Source: a virus. Taken from it: a DNA stretch of 64,000 nt. Below are positions 44,311 through 54,141 of this stretch, piece after piece. Below the pieces are notes generated by a model. It was not told where the DNA came from, ran no database searches, and saw only the letters and a list, made by a program, of their open reading frames with translations. Position numbers and translations under genes: made by a program. The first letter of the stretch is position 1, and each line of letters starts with the position of its first letter. The stretch spans positions 32,774-96,773 of IMG/VR virus record IMGVR_UViG_3300030518_000006. One strand, written 5' to 3'.

Positions 44311-45471
44311 CTAGCGTCGCCCTGCAATCTGGGCCAATGCGTCCATGGCCTCGGCGGACATGCTGAACGTGCCCCACTCCTTGATCGACGCGAGGAGGTC
44401 AGGATTCTCCCCGTGCTCGGCGAGGAACTGGTTGAACGCGGCCTTCACCCCGTCGATCTCGCCACCGACCACGCTCTGGCGGACCTGGATGTAGTGCTCG
44501 TCCCAGGTCTGGGTCTTGGACTGCATCTGATGCTTGGCCGGGTTGAACAGCACCGGGGTCGCCTGGGGCGTGCCGTTCGGAAAGGCAGCGAGCAGCTCTT
44601 TGCCGGTCATCAGGGCGCAGTCATAGGTGCCCGTGGTCTGGACAGCGAAGATTCCGGCGTGCGGGTCGTACATCAGCAGTTCGAGCGTCATGCTCGGGTG
44701 GCCGAGCGGGTCGAATTCATCCTGGGTGCTGCGGTTGCGGAAGGTGTACACCTGGACGGCGTCCTGGGCGATGCCGACCGCTTCGAGCTCGTCGTAGGGG
44801 ATGACACTGCGGGAGCGGGGGGACTGCTTGGGTGCGTTCTTGTTGAAGGCCTTGGGCCAGATCAGCACATTGTAGCGATAGCCCAGCAGGATCGCCGGGA
44901 AGGGATCCGTGCCATTGGCACCCTGACCCTTGCCGCGGGGGAGATCTGCGTTGGTGCCCTCGGGATTCATGTCGTGGAATTCAAAGTTCCCGCCGCTATC
45001 GCCCCCGGTCAGGTAGATCGTGGGGAAGATGTTCGGCTCGCCGGCCGGGCGGACGCCTTCCTCGACCACGTTGAGCGCGGTCTTGGTCGGGGCGGATGGG
45101 TTGAGCAGGGCCAGGAAGCCGATGGGGCGGGAGAGGGTTTGGGGCTGGGGAGCGGCAGGGACCTGGGCAGCAGGGGCGGGAGAAGGCGCCTGCGCGGCGG
45201 GCGCCGCCTGGGCAGCAGGGGCGGGTTGGGATGCTGCGGCGGCAGCTGCGGCTGCTGCGGCGGCACCACGGCGACCGCGGCCGGGGGTTGCGGCGCCCGT
45301 GGTTGCGGCGGGCTGCTGCGGGGGCGCACTGGTGACGGCCGGCAAGCCGGTGGCTGCGGCAGCAGGTTGGAGAGTGCCACCGGTCGGGGGCGGCGGGGCG
45401 GCAGAGGTAGCAGGGGCTGCGGCAGCAGCGGCCTTGGCGGCGCCGGCCTTGCGGGGGTCATTCCAGACCAT
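44311..45471 (-). CDS. Hypothetical protein with Ala/Pro-rich N-terminus (possible SSB/annealing protein)
   Basis: 386 aa upstream of the exonuclease; function from context only. Confidence 0.5.
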   Translation of the reverse strand: MVWNDPRKAGAAKAAAAAAPATSAAPPPPTGGTLQPAAAATGLPAVTSAPPQQPAATTGAATPGRGRRGAAAAAAAAAAASQPAPAAQAAPAAQAPSPAPAAQVPAAPQPQTLSRPIGFLALLNPSAPTKTALNVVEEGVRPAGEPNIFPTIYLTGGDSGGNFEFHDMNPEGTNADLPRGKGQGANGTDPFPAILLGYRYNVLIWPKAFNKNAPKQSPRSRSVIPYDELEAVGIAQDAVQVYTFRNRSTQDEFDPLGHPSMTLELLMYDPHAGIFAVQTTGTYDCALMTGKELLAAFPNGTPQATPVLFNPAKHQMQSKTQTWDEHYIQVRQSVVGGEIDGVKAAFNQFLAEHGENPDLLASIKEWGTFSMSAEAMDALAQIAGRR

Positions 45472-45503
45472 ACGTAGACTCCATAGTGGTGGGTGAGGCG
45501 CGC

Positions 45504-45532
45504 ACTATGGAGAGGCTATGGAGGGGTGTCAA
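45504..45532 (-). promoter_or_regulatory. Sigma70 promoter with tandem CTCCATAG boxes
   Basis: Minus strand TTGACA-17-CATAGT. Confidence 0.7.
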
Positions 45533-45545
45533 GGGGGAAGTTGGA

Positions 45546-46163
45546 TTACCGGCCCTCTGCGTATTTCGCCATCGCTGCGCTGATATCTTTCTTGACTGTG
45601 GGCCACGTATAAACGTATTTGTAGTGACCGTGGTCCTTGTCGGCTTCGGCGAAATGCTTGAGCGAACGGGTGATCTGGTCGACCGACAGCTTCGGTATCA
45701 TGTCCCTTGCGGCCTCGATCTGCTTCTTCAGCGGCCATCCATTCTTCATAAGGACGTGGACGTCGTAGAAATCTTTTCGGGTCCCCCGATTCGCGATGGC
45801 CAGGATCTTCATAGCTGCCAACGTCTTGAGGGAAGCAAAGGGCGCTCCCGAGGTACCCCTCTCGACGTCTGCCTTGTAATCGAACCTGAGGAAGCTCAAA
45901 CGCACACCACGCACCGTGATATGCAAAGAGTTCGAACTCTCACTGATCAATTTCGGTTCGAGATCGGCTTCTCGAAGCAGAGTCATCAAAGCCCTGGTAT
46001 CGAAGTTCCGAAGCGTAAACCAATCGAGATCTTCCGAGTCCCGATGATTGAACCGGAGGGACATATTGGATCCGCCGACGAGAAAGAACTTGTTCTTCTC
46101 GCAGAACCCGGCGAGGTCCTTCAGTACTTCACGTTTGTGCTTGGACAGTTTCAACCGCGCCAT
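45546..46163 (-). CDS. abiEii: AbiEii-family nucleotidyltransferase toxin (type IV TA)
   Basis: FFLVGGSNMSLRFNHRDSEDLDWF..AAMKILAIANRGTRKDFYD. Confidence 0.85.
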   Translation of the reverse strand: MARLKLSKHKREVLKDLAGFCEKNKFFLVGGSNMSLRFNHRDSEDLDWFTLRNFDTRALMTLLREADLEPKLISESSNSLHITVRGVRLSFLRFDYKADVERGTSGAPFASLKTLAAMKILAIANRGTRKDFYDVHVLMKNGWPLKKQIEAARDMIPKLSVDQITRSLKHFAEADKDHGHYKYVYTWPTVKKDISAAMAKYAEGR

Positions 46164-46420
46164 GGGATCCAGCCTTTCATCCAGCGTTCGCAGGTGGCCA
46201 AAGGGATACCGAGAATAGCCCCCCACAAAATCAGCACGTGCTCATCGAGAATGCGGCCTTTCGACTCCACAACATACCGGCGGAGCTCCGCCCGATCATG
46301 GGTCTTCAGCAAACGGCGCCAATCGGCCAGCTTACCAAACATCATAATCCGGGCTGCTCGGAGCTCCCGGGAGATCCCCTTCTTGGGGTCGACATCCCAC
46401 AAATATGCGACTTTCTGCAT
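46151..46420 (-). CDS. Cognate antitoxin-like partner (DUF6922-like)
   Basis: YLWDVD..RIMMFGKLADWR..W; overlaps toxin start; TACAAT 6 nt before ATG. Confidence 0.65.
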   Translation of the reverse strand: MQKVAYLWDVDPKKGISRELRAARIMMFGKLADWRRLLKTHDRAELRRYVVESKGRILDEHVLILWGAILGIPLATCERWMKGWIPWRG

Positions 46421-46637
46421 GGTTTCATTGTACCCGGCGGCAGCGGGGATCAAGCGCTGAACGCGATCGGTCCCCGCGTGGTGTGGGCGATGGGGCGTGG
46501 TTTCCCCTTGTCTTTTTCTTTTGCTGGCGCAGGCGGCAGCGCATGGTGCGGGCTATAGGCGCTTTCCCAGAGCGGTGGAATCCGCAACCAGTGCTTCGGG
46601 TGAAAGTCGTCGTAGATGAGACGGCGGTGAGCGCGGC

Positions 46638-47291
46638 TCATTGGTTGATGAACCGCAGGAAGGTCAGGTAGTTTTCGGCTTGGCTGATGAAGTGCCCGGC
46701 GCCCTTGCAGAGAACGTAGTTGCGGTGGCGGTGGCAGGTGACGACGGGGAGATCGTATTCGAGAATATAGGTCGGGACGCTGACACTGTGCGCCACGTGC
46801 GACATGCCAGAACAGATTCCGACGAACAAGACAGATGTTCGCATCGCCCAGATCGATTTCTCCAGGCCGAGATCCTTGCCCGCGATCACGACGGCGAACC
46901 CGTGCCGCTGCGCCCACAGATTGATCGTGACGATATCACCAGGCGGCGGGTTCTTCAGCTCGGGGGTCGATGCCCCGTCGAATTGCACTGTAATCTTGTT
47001 ATCGCGAGGGCCGAGGCTCCACTGGTGCTTCGCCGGTATCATAGGCGCGGCCCAGACCGCGTATCCATCGAGCTCCGTGTTCGGCTCGTCGTCGACCAGG
47101 ATAATCTCGTTGTCGAAATACTGCTGGTCCATCGCACGCAGGACCGCCTCTTGCATCGCGCGCAGGCTCTGTCCATGCTGGACGGTCGACAGCAGGATCG
47201 GGCCAGGACGCTGGATGCGGGCAAGCAGCTGGATCGTAGCCCAAACATCGCCGAGGCCATAATTCCAATTCCTATAGATGGTATTTGGCAT
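46638..47291 (-). CDS. GT9-like glycosyltransferase
   Basis: GLGD near the N-terminus; LFVGICSGMSHVAHSVSVP near the C-terminus. Confidence 0.7.
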   Translation of the reverse strand: MPNTIYRNWNYGLGDVWATIQLLARIQRPGPILLSTVQHGQSLRAMQEAVLRAMDQQYFDNEIILVDDEPNTELDGYAVWAAPMIPAKHQWSLGPRDNKITVQFDGASTPELKNPPPGDIVTINLWAQRHGFAVVIAGKDLGLEKSIWAMRTSVLFVGICSGMSHVAHSVSVPTYILEYDLPVVTCHRHRNYVLCKGAGHFISQAENYLTFLRFINQ

Positions 47292-47382
47292 TGAACTTCC
47301 TTTCGAAGTCATCCACGCCTTCGCAGACGGTGGCCCACATATCCCCGAAGCCGCCGCCGAGGATGTCCCAGACGATGCTCAT
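47272..47382 (-). pseudogene. 36-aa remnant of a second GT9-like gene (internal deletion)
   Basis: MSIVWDILGGGFGDMWATVCEGVDDFERKFNAKYHL joins look-alikes of the N- and C-termini of 46638-47291. Confidence 0.45.
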
Positions 47383-48182
47383 AGCGCGCCCCTGTTGAGT
47401 AGCCGAAGGTGGAGCGCCTTAGCGCGTTTATCGTCTTCACCATAGGTGACGAGGAACGAATCCTCGAGGCAGAGCAGGCCACACGGGAAATGGACGCTGG
47501 TACCGCTGTGCCCGAGAAAGGGTTTATTTGAGATGCCGATCACCTGGAAGGGTGGTTCGGCAGAAAAGCTGTACATGCCCATATAATAGTTCGATGTGTG
47601 GAAAGCTGAGTAATAGCGCCCATTATAGAGCGCTGGCGGGGTTCCGCCGCGAAGCTGCTTACCGTCTACCTCCCAGTCGTTGGGGAACGGGGTGGAGTGG
47701 ATAAGGGCGAACGCGCCGTCCCAATCACACTCATAGATGCGGTGCGGGTTGATGGAGTAGATGCATAGCAACCGCCCGTGGTAGTCAAAGAACTGCCAGT
47801 TCTTTTCATAGCGCTCCGGCGTGAACTTGAATTCCACTTCCCGCTCTATGGATAAGTCCGCATTGAACCGGCATATCCGCATCCGGATAGGGCCGTCCGT
47901 ATGTGTGTACGAGCCGCAGAGCGCCCCGCGATGTGTGAATAGGCGGAGATCTTCGAGCCGGATGTCCTTGGTGCCGACAATACGTGACGACTCGATCTGA
48001 AGGCGCGAGTCGAGCAGGCAGATGCCCGTCCTGCTCTGCATCTGATGCCCGAACCGGTACGACAGATAGCAGCTATCACCCTGCCGAGCGATTCCGCAGT
48101 TGTACTTGGTCTCCTCTGACGGAGCAAGTTGATCTCCCGGGAATTCGATGAGTGCTGACGGAGAAAAGGACAGACGATCCAT
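47379..48182 (-). CDS. Beta-propeller glycosidase-like protein (GH130/GH43-like)
   Basis: YNCGI, EDLRLF, EKNWQFF, LRGGTP, VHFPCG, VTYGEDD. Confidence 0.7.
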   Translation of the reverse strand: MDRLSFSPSALIEFPGDQLAPSEETKYNCGIARQGDSCYLSYRFGHQMQSRTGICLLDSRLQIESSRIVGTKDIRLEDLRLFTHRGALCGSYTHTDGPIRMRICRFNADLSIEREVEFKFTPERYEKNWQFFDYHGRLLCIYSINPHRIYECDWDGAFALIHSTPFPNDWEVDGKQLRGGTPPALYNGRYYSAFHTSNYYMGMYSFSAEPPFQVIGISNKPFLGHSGTSVHFPCGLLCLEDSFLVTYGEDDKRAKALHLRLLNRGAL

Positions 48183-48186
48183 TGGC

Positions 48187-48696
48187 CTATCGCTTCACGA
48201 ACATGTTGCCGCCGTCCTCGATGAGTGTCGACTCGTCTTTCACGGTCAAATAGAATTCGGGCGTCCCTTGAAGAGTCAGCCGGTTGCCTCTGAGGGTATA
48301 CTTACCTGCTCGGCTGAGGTAGGAGTTGGTGTAGGTCATGTCGGGCTTGAGCACGATCGTCACGGTGCCATCCGCCTTGATGTAGGTTCCCGCCAGCTGC
48401 TGTTCAATCGTCGGTGCAGGCGCCGCCTTGGCCGGCAAATCCTTCTCGATCTCGGCGATGCGGGCCTTCACCGCCAGGGCCCCATCTAGATCCCCCTTCT
48501 TGGTCGCCTCCGCCTGGCTCTTGGTCAGCGCCGCGATCAGGGCCTTGCGGATCACCACGATATCGGCCTCGGCTTTGGCCAGGAGCTTGGTGGCGTCGGC
48601 GGGGAGTTTCGACGGCGGCGGGGACTCGTCGGCGACGAGGCAGTAGGGGTCGCAAGCGGCGGTGAGGCCGATGATCATCAGGATGAGGCGCAGCAT
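48187..48696 (-). CDS. Secreted helical protein
   Basis: Signal-peptide-like start; ATKKGDLDGALAV motif reminiscent of PVC-superphylum proteins. Confidence 0.5.
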   Translation of the reverse strand: MLRLILMIIGLTAACDPYCLVADESPPPSKLPADATKLLAKAEADIVVIRKALIAALTKSQAEATKKGDLDGALAVKARIAEIEKDLPAKAAPAPTIEQQLAGTYIKADGTVTIVLKPDMTYTNSYLSRAGKYTLRGNRLTLQGTPEFYLTVKDESTLIEDGGNMFVKR

Positions 48697-48732
48697 GGGT
48701 GACTCCGGGACAAGGGTTGGTAGGTGAGAGGA

Positions 48733-49245
48733 TCAGGCTTCGGCCGGGGTGAGATCGCCCTCGAAGACCACAGCGCCACGCTTGCGCTGCGCCGTCTTCC
48801 GCGCCAGGCGCTTGTAGGCCTTGGCGACGGCCTCTTTGAATTCGACTTCCTCGACCGGCTCCTCGAGCTCGACCTCAGGCACCTTCTTGCCCGCGGCCTT
48901 GGCCTCGGCGGCCTTCTGCTTGCGGTGGCGCTCCTCATTGCGCTTGGCCAGGATCTCCGCGGCCTCGGCGACCAGGACGTCGATCGTGATGGAGTTGAGC
49001 TTCTGCATCGCGAGCTTGAGCAGCAGGAGCGGCTGCAATCTATTCACTTGGAGTGTTTCAGAATCTGAATCCACGGAAATCTCGCCGCGCAGGTGGAGAA
49101 CGACCTCAACAGGGTAGTCGCCTTCCTCGACTTGATCACGCGCATTGTCGATGATCGTGTCGGTCAACATTTTGGACAAAGCTAAAACGGCGACCGGGGA
49201 AAGGTCGGCGAGGGTGTTGGTGGATGAGGTAGGGGTCTTGGTCAT
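48733..49245 (-). CDS. Hypothetical protein
   Basis: 170 aa preceded by the shared GAAAGGGC leader. Confidence 0.6.
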   Translation of the reverse strand: MTKTPTSSTNTLADLSPVAVLALSKMLTDTIIDNARDQVEEGDYPVEVVLHLRGEISVDSDSETLQVNRLQPLLLLKLAMQKLNSITIDVLVAEAAEILAKRNEERHRKQKAAEAKAAGKKVPEVELEEPVEEVEFKEAVAKAYKRLARKTAQRKRGAVVFEGDLTPAEA

Positions 49246-49257
49246 GGGGCGCCCTTT

Positions 49258-49947
49258 CTAGGCTGGTTGGATGAAAGATTTGTAAACACGGGAAGGGTAG
49301 AACTTATGCGGATGCGGATCAAAGGGAGGGGCCAGAAATCCTAGGGCCTGTTCTACGGACCAGCCGCACTTGTCTAACCGTGCTCGAATGGTCCCTGACC
49401 GTATGCCTCTAATGGCAGCCCATTGACAGACGTTCTTTGTTATTCCTTGTGCGGTGATTTTCCTGTTGGTTCGTTTATTGTTGCACTGGGTATCCCAGTC
49501 TTTCCAGAAACAGTTATCGGGCTCGTAATTCCCGTTGTTATCTCTTCGCTCTATAGTTGCCTCTTTCCCTACTCCAGGACGATCTCCCATATCTGCGTAG
49601 AAGTTCTCGAATTTATCCCAGCGTTTGCAGATCTCTATTCCTCTTCCTCCGTAATTCTTGAATCCAGCTTCTCTTGGATTCAGGCACCTTCTTCGCATGC
49701 CCTGCCAGACATTATAAATGCTCGTATGCTTCATCCCATGCGTCCGAGTAGCATTGCCCATATTGATATACCGCTCGCACCCACAAGTGGTAGTTTTTCC
49801 ACAAACAAGGCTGTTCCCCGTTGTAACCCACTCTTTGTCACAGAAGCACCGACAAAGCCACCAGGACCTGCCATTCTTCATAGAATGGAGCCTGAGTACC
49901 TTGGTTCGCCCAAAGGTCATCCCAGTCAGGTCCCGGAAGGCGGGCAT
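49258..49947 (-). CDS. HNH-like homing endonuclease-type protein
   Basis: DLTG..FG..WLCRCFC..MRRRC..YGGRGI..FYADMG..IERRDNNGNYEPDNC; lower GC than flanks. Confidence 0.8.
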   Translation of the reverse strand: MPAFRDLTGMTFGRTKVLRLHSMKNGRSWWLCRCFCDKEWVTTGNSLVCGKTTTCGCERYINMGNATRTHGMKHTSIYNVWQGMRRRCLNPREAGFKNYGGRGIEICKRWDKFENFYADMGDRPGVGKEATIERRDNNGNYEPDNCFWKDWDTQCNNKRTNRKITAQGITKNVCQWAAIRGIRSGTIRARLDKCGWSVEQALGFLAPPFDPHPHKFYPSRVYKSFIQPA

Positions 49948-49949
49948 GA

Positions 49950-51524
49950 CTATTCTCCCTCCCCTTCCTTCTCACGCTCCGGCATCGGCTGGATGATAAG
50001 AGTCTCGATCGCCCGACTGGCCACGATATATTTGATATTGACCTCCTGCGCCATCGCGGCCTCATTGCGAGCCCGGTACATCATCGCGTCGTTCTTCTCT
50101 GGGGCGAGCCAGACCACCGTGCGGCTCTCCAGGCCCTTGCTTTTGTGGATGCTCGAGAACACCACGCCGACCGAATCATCGCTGAAGAGCTGCTCGATGC
50201 GGCTGTGCAGTTCGCGGATCGAAACCACGTCCTTGAGCAGGGCCATCAGGGTCTCACACTGATCTTCAATCTGTTGAACCTGGCTGTCCTTGTGGGCCTT
50301 CTTGAGCTTGCCGGTCTCGACCGAGCAGTAGGTGTCGATGCGCTCGACCAGCTCCTCGACCTGCCCGTCGCCCAGACGCTTGGCCAGCTTGGTCGCGAGC
50401 TTGGCCACGGTCTTGCCGATGTCCCGGCCGCGGACGACAGCCTTCTTGCCGGCGGCGATCAGCTTGAGCGCGCAACCGATCAGCGGGGCGTTCACGCGGC
50501 AGCACACCATGTCGCCGGCCATCAGCGCCAGCAGGGTCGCGCCGAGCTGCTTGGGCTCTTTCTCGATCACCAGTCCCTCGGGGGCATTGTCCGCGGCCTG
50601 GATGTGGGGCACCCAGCTCTGGGCCAACGCAACCACGGCCTTGGGGCAGCGGTAGGTGATCGAGAGCGGCAGGCAGTTCCCGTCGCTGACGTTGAACTCC
50701 TCCTTGATCCGCTCCATGGCCTTGGCGTCGGCACCGCGGAACAGGTAGATGGCCTGACGGCTGTCGCCCACCGCGACCAGGCGACCACCGGGCGACAGGG
50801 CGCGCTTGAGCAGTTCGATCTGCAGCCGGTTGAGATCCTGGCTCTCATCGACGCAGATCAGGTCGTACTTGGGCAGGCTGATCGCGTGGTCGATGGGAAA
50901 ACTAAGCATCTCGTCAAAGGTCATCTGGTCGACCTGGGACTTCATCACCTGATCCAGCTCGCCGAACAGCGCGATCGAGCTCTCCGGCTGGTCGAGAGTG
51001 ATCCCATAGTTGGAGATCGTCTCGGTCACCGCATCGACGTCCGCCAGGTTGGTCATCGTGCCGCGGAGCAGACCGTAAGCCTTGATCAGATCGCCGGCGA
51101 TGGCGTTGACCACCTCGAGCTGGGGCTTCGACTCATCGGTGGTCAGGGCCTTGGTCACCACCAGCTCGGCGGTCACGTGCAGCTTGCGCGCCTCGATCTT
51201 GATGCCGCGGAACTTGCGGGAGACCGCGCCCATTGCCAGGCCATGCAAGGTCTTCGCGTCCACGCCGCGGGGCACCCGGCGGCTCAACTCCTCGGCGATG
51301 GACTTGTTGAAGGCGGCGAACAGCGCACGCTTGCTCTGGTTCCCGGGCACCTGCTGCCAGCGGCGCAGGGCCTCGACCAGGGTGGTGGTCTTGCCGCTGC
51401 CAGCGACCGCTTCGACGACCACGTTGCCCTGGCCAGCGGTGAAGGCCCGGAAGATCGATTCCTGGTAGGGGGAGTAGACGCGCGCGGCGATGGTGGCGTC
51501 GATGATGGGTTGGAGGAGGCTCAT
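49950..51524 (-). CDS. UvrD/Rep-like SF1 helicase
   Basis: AVAGSGKTT, VDESQD, VGDSRQAIY.FRGA, YRCP, SIHKSKGLE, YIVASRA. Confidence 0.92.
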   Translation of the reverse strand: MSLLQPIIDATIAARVYSPYQESIFRAFTAGQGNVVVEAVAGSGKTTTLVEALRRWQQVPGNQSKRALFAAFNKSIAEELSRRVPRGVDAKTLHGLAMGAVSRKFRGIKIEARKLHVTAELVVTKALTTDESKPQLEVVNAIAGDLIKAYGLLRGTMTNLADVDAVTETISNYGITLDQPESSIALFGELDQVMKSQVDQMTFDEMLSFPIDHAISLPKYDLICVDESQDLNRLQIELLKRALSPGGRLVAVGDSRQAIYLFRGADAKAMERIKEEFNVSDGNCLPLSITYRCPKAVVALAQSWVPHIQAADNAPEGLVIEKEPKQLGATLLALMAGDMVCCRVNAPLIGCALKLIAAGKKAVVRGRDIGKTVAKLATKLAKRLGDGQVEELVERIDTYCSVETGKLKKAHKDSQVQQIEDQCETLMALLKDVVSIRELHSRIEQLFSDDSVGVVFSSIHKSKGLESRTVVWLAPEKNDAMMYRARNEAAMAQEVNIKYIVASRAIETLIIQPMPEREKEGEGE

Positions 51525-51529
51525 GTGGT

Positions 51530-51627
51530 GCCCTTTCCAGGCAGGTGGTTGTGAGTACTATGTCGCCGAAATGCTCTATTTCCCATTAGTCTCACTAGGC
51601 TCGCGTAACGGTGTATCACACAACTAT
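51530..51627 (-). promoter_or_regulatory. Repeated promoter/leader cassette, copy 1
   Basis: CTCGCGTAACGGTGTATCACAC at 51600 and GCCCTTTCCAGGC at 51530. Confidence 0.7.
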
Positions 51628-52348
51628 AGGGCCATAAGAACCTGTGTCTCATCATCGCGCATCGCCTGTTCCTGCCGCTCTCTACGCATAACCTCGGCGA
51701 GCCAGGACACCTGATCCTGCACGGATCTGATGCGCATCAGGTACTCTCGTACCCAGCGGCGCACTGCGGGCTGATGGCGCTGGGGCCACAGCACCCCGAT
51801 ATGCCGATAGGCGGCGACTGCGCCGGCCAGATCGTCGTCCAGGCTCATGGGTCAGCCGGCTGCAGGATGGCCCGTATCGCCAGGCCGACCAGGAGCCACT
51901 GCACGGTGCGGGCCGGCACTCCCAGGCCGCGGAACGCATTCCTGTAGGCGGAATAGAGCCCCTCGGCCTCCTTGGCCAGGGCAGAGACCGGGCGGCGCAT
52001 GCGCAGCTGCCGCTCCAGATGCGCGCGGCAGGTCGTCTGCTCCAGCATCGCTCGCGCCACCTGGCGCGCGACGTAGGCTGCGGGCTTCACGGCCGGCCCG
52101 CATGCTGCAGCGCGCTGCTGAATCGCCCCCGGACGACGAAGGCCTCGACCAGGCGGCGGTACTCCAGCTGGGTCAGCAGCACGGCTCCCTGGTTCGGGCG
52201 CTTGCGTTGGAAGCCCAGCAGGACTCCGCGGGTGAGGGTGGAGGATGTGGTGCCGACGAAATATTCATCGAAGAAGGTGTTCATGGCCAGAGGCTCCTAT
52301 GTCGACAAAGTACTCCAAAACTCCGTCTTCCCATCATCTCTACGTAGA

Positions 52349-52376
52349 CTCGCGTAACGGTGTGTCACACCACTAT
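52349..52376 (-). promoter_or_regulatory. Repeated promoter motif, copy 2
   Basis: CTCGCGTAACGGTGTGTCACAC upstream of 52284. Confidence 0.7.
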
Positions 52377-52867
52377 GCCGGCATCGTCCACGGCACCAGC
52401 GGCTCATCAGCCCGCACCATCAGGGGATGCCGCGGCTCCCCGCTCTTGGTGGTGCCCAGGCAGAGCGCGCCCAGGCCCGACATCTGCGTGCGGAGCTCGG
52501 AGCGCAGGGCGAACGGCTGCGCGCCCCAGGCGACCACGATCCTGCCCACCAGGGCGTGCGCGGTCCATTGCTCGGTAACGTGCCGGATGTTATCAGGGCC
52601 CACTGGGTCGGGCGCGGCGCGCAGATCCTCCGGGTAGGCCGACCGGAAGGCGAACAGGTTGACGATGGTCAGGATGGTGCATCCCTCGCGCGTGGCATAG
52701 CCGATGCAACGGGTCACGGTCGGATCGGGCACGGAGGCTGTAGCCGTTGATGGGTTGAGCATGACGAACAGCATCGGCCGCACCCAGCGCAGCACCGAGG
52801 GGATGCGCCGGGTGAGGACGTAGCGGTAGAGGCCGTCGTCGCTGATGATCGCGGTGCCGCCAATCAC
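52373..52867 (-). CDS. DUF1643 protein
   Basis: YRY.L.R..FVMLNPSTA..DPT..NLFAFRS..VAWG..CLGTTKSGEPRHPL. Confidence 0.9.
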   Translation of the reverse strand: MIGGTAIISDDGLYRYVLTRRIPSVLRWVRPMLFVMLNPSTATASVPDPTVTRCIGYATREGCTILTIVNLFAFRSAYPEDLRAAPDPVGPDNIRHVTEQWTAHALVGRIVVAWGAQPFALRSELRTQMSGLGALCLGTTKSGEPRHPLMVRADEPLVPWTMPA

Positions 52868-53232
52868 GGCGCCCCCAACCGCAGAACCGCGGTCTTCGCC
52901 GGGTCCTCCCGGTCATAGTAATCCCGAAACCACTGCGCCCGCCCATTCAAAATGCTCTGCCCGCGCCCGGTGATGAACCAGATCGTATCGCCGATCGGCG
53001 GTGACGTCTGGGGGATCACCAGGAAGCCTTCCCACATCTTGCGCAGGACGGTGAGCGGTTCAGTATCGACAATCCGATCGGGGTCTGCTCTTTGCCAGTG
53101 CGCCCGGATTTGATCCGCTGCTTGGGGCCAGCGCATCAGTTCGAGGCAGACCTTGAGCATGTGATGGTCAAGGGTCACTTCGTTACGGCAGGCATCGACA
53201 TAGTGGATCTCTGGCTCGGTTAGAACGGACAT
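52864..53232 (-). CDS. Hypothetical protein
   Basis: Coupled ORF. Confidence 0.5.
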   Translation of the reverse strand: MSVLTEPEIHYVDACRNEVTLDHHMLKVCLELMRWPQAADQIRAHWQRADPDRIVDTEPLTVLRKMWEGFLVIPQTSPPIGDTIWFITGRGQSILNGRAQWFRDYYDREDPAKTAVLRLGAP

Positions 53233-53535
53233 TCTGGCTCCTGTGGCTTGAGGTTCTTCTGGTACGCTTCCGGCGAGATCTCCGGCACCACGTGCTTCCG
53301 TGGGTGGACGATCCGGCGCTTGAGGATCGCGGTGACCGGCAGGCCCAGGTCGAACAGAGTCTGCTGGTGCGGGGGCCGCTCGGATTGGGCGTGGTTGTTC
53401 ATGCTCTCCCTCGCTGCACGGAAAAATTTCCGTCCTTCCACGCTTCTCCCTGCCAGCTCGTGAAAGGGCAGCTGGTGAGCCAGTAATTACCTGCCCGAGC
53501 GGCCTGGCAGCCGAGATCGAAGTAGTACTGGTAGT

Positions 53536-53868
53536 TCATCCCTGCACCGACGCACATGCTGCACTGTTCTCCGCCGCGACCTCGTGCCGGGTATCCATCA
53601 GCGTGATCATCCGGGCGTAGGCGCCCTCCCCGTAGTCCTTGTCATAGGCCTGGCGGTTGATCTCGGTCACCCGGGCCGCCACGAGGCGCCCAGCGTCATG
53701 GATGGTGCCCATCAGCTCCCCCGACCGCCAGACGATCTTCCCGGCCCACTTGACCACGCAGCGGCGGTCGACGAAGGCTTCGGCGACGCGCACCGCGTCA
53801 TCGGCGCGCTGGCAGGCCGCGATCAGGGTGCCCGCGGGCGCGAGGACGACTTTGTAGGAGAGACTCAC
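53536..53868 (-). CDS. Hypothetical protein
   Basis: Coupled ORF. Confidence 0.55.
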   Translation of the reverse strand: MSLSYKVVLAPAGTLIAACQRADDAVRVAEAFVDRRCVVKWAGKIVWRSGELMGTIHDAGRLVAARVTEINRQAYDKDYGEGAYARMITLMDTRHEVAAENSAACASVQG

Positions 53869-54140
53869 GACAGCACCTCATCCAGGAGAGCGATGACCTC
53901 GGCGGGCATGCGGCTGCGATCGATGCCGCGGGCCGTCATCTTGGTGAAGTTCTGCATCGCGACGCTGGGGCTCGAGCCGTGCGGCCCGTAGGTCGCCCAG
54001 TTCCAGGCCAAGCCTGAGATCGCGAACCCCAGGCGCTTGGCCCCGGTGCCGCGGATGCCCAGCTGGTGCGCCAGGACCAACCCGGTGAGGGTCTTGTGTT
54101 TGTCGAGGAACGCCAGGGCGGGGGAGTTGGGAATGAGCAT
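53865..54140 (-). CDS. Hypothetical protein
   Basis: Coupled ORF. Confidence 0.55.
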   Translation of the reverse strand: MLIPNSPALAFLDKHKTLTGLVLAHQLGIRGTGAKRLGFAISGLAWNWATYGPHGSSPSVAMQNFTKMTARGIDRSRMPAEVIALLDEVLS

Positions 54141-54141
54141 C

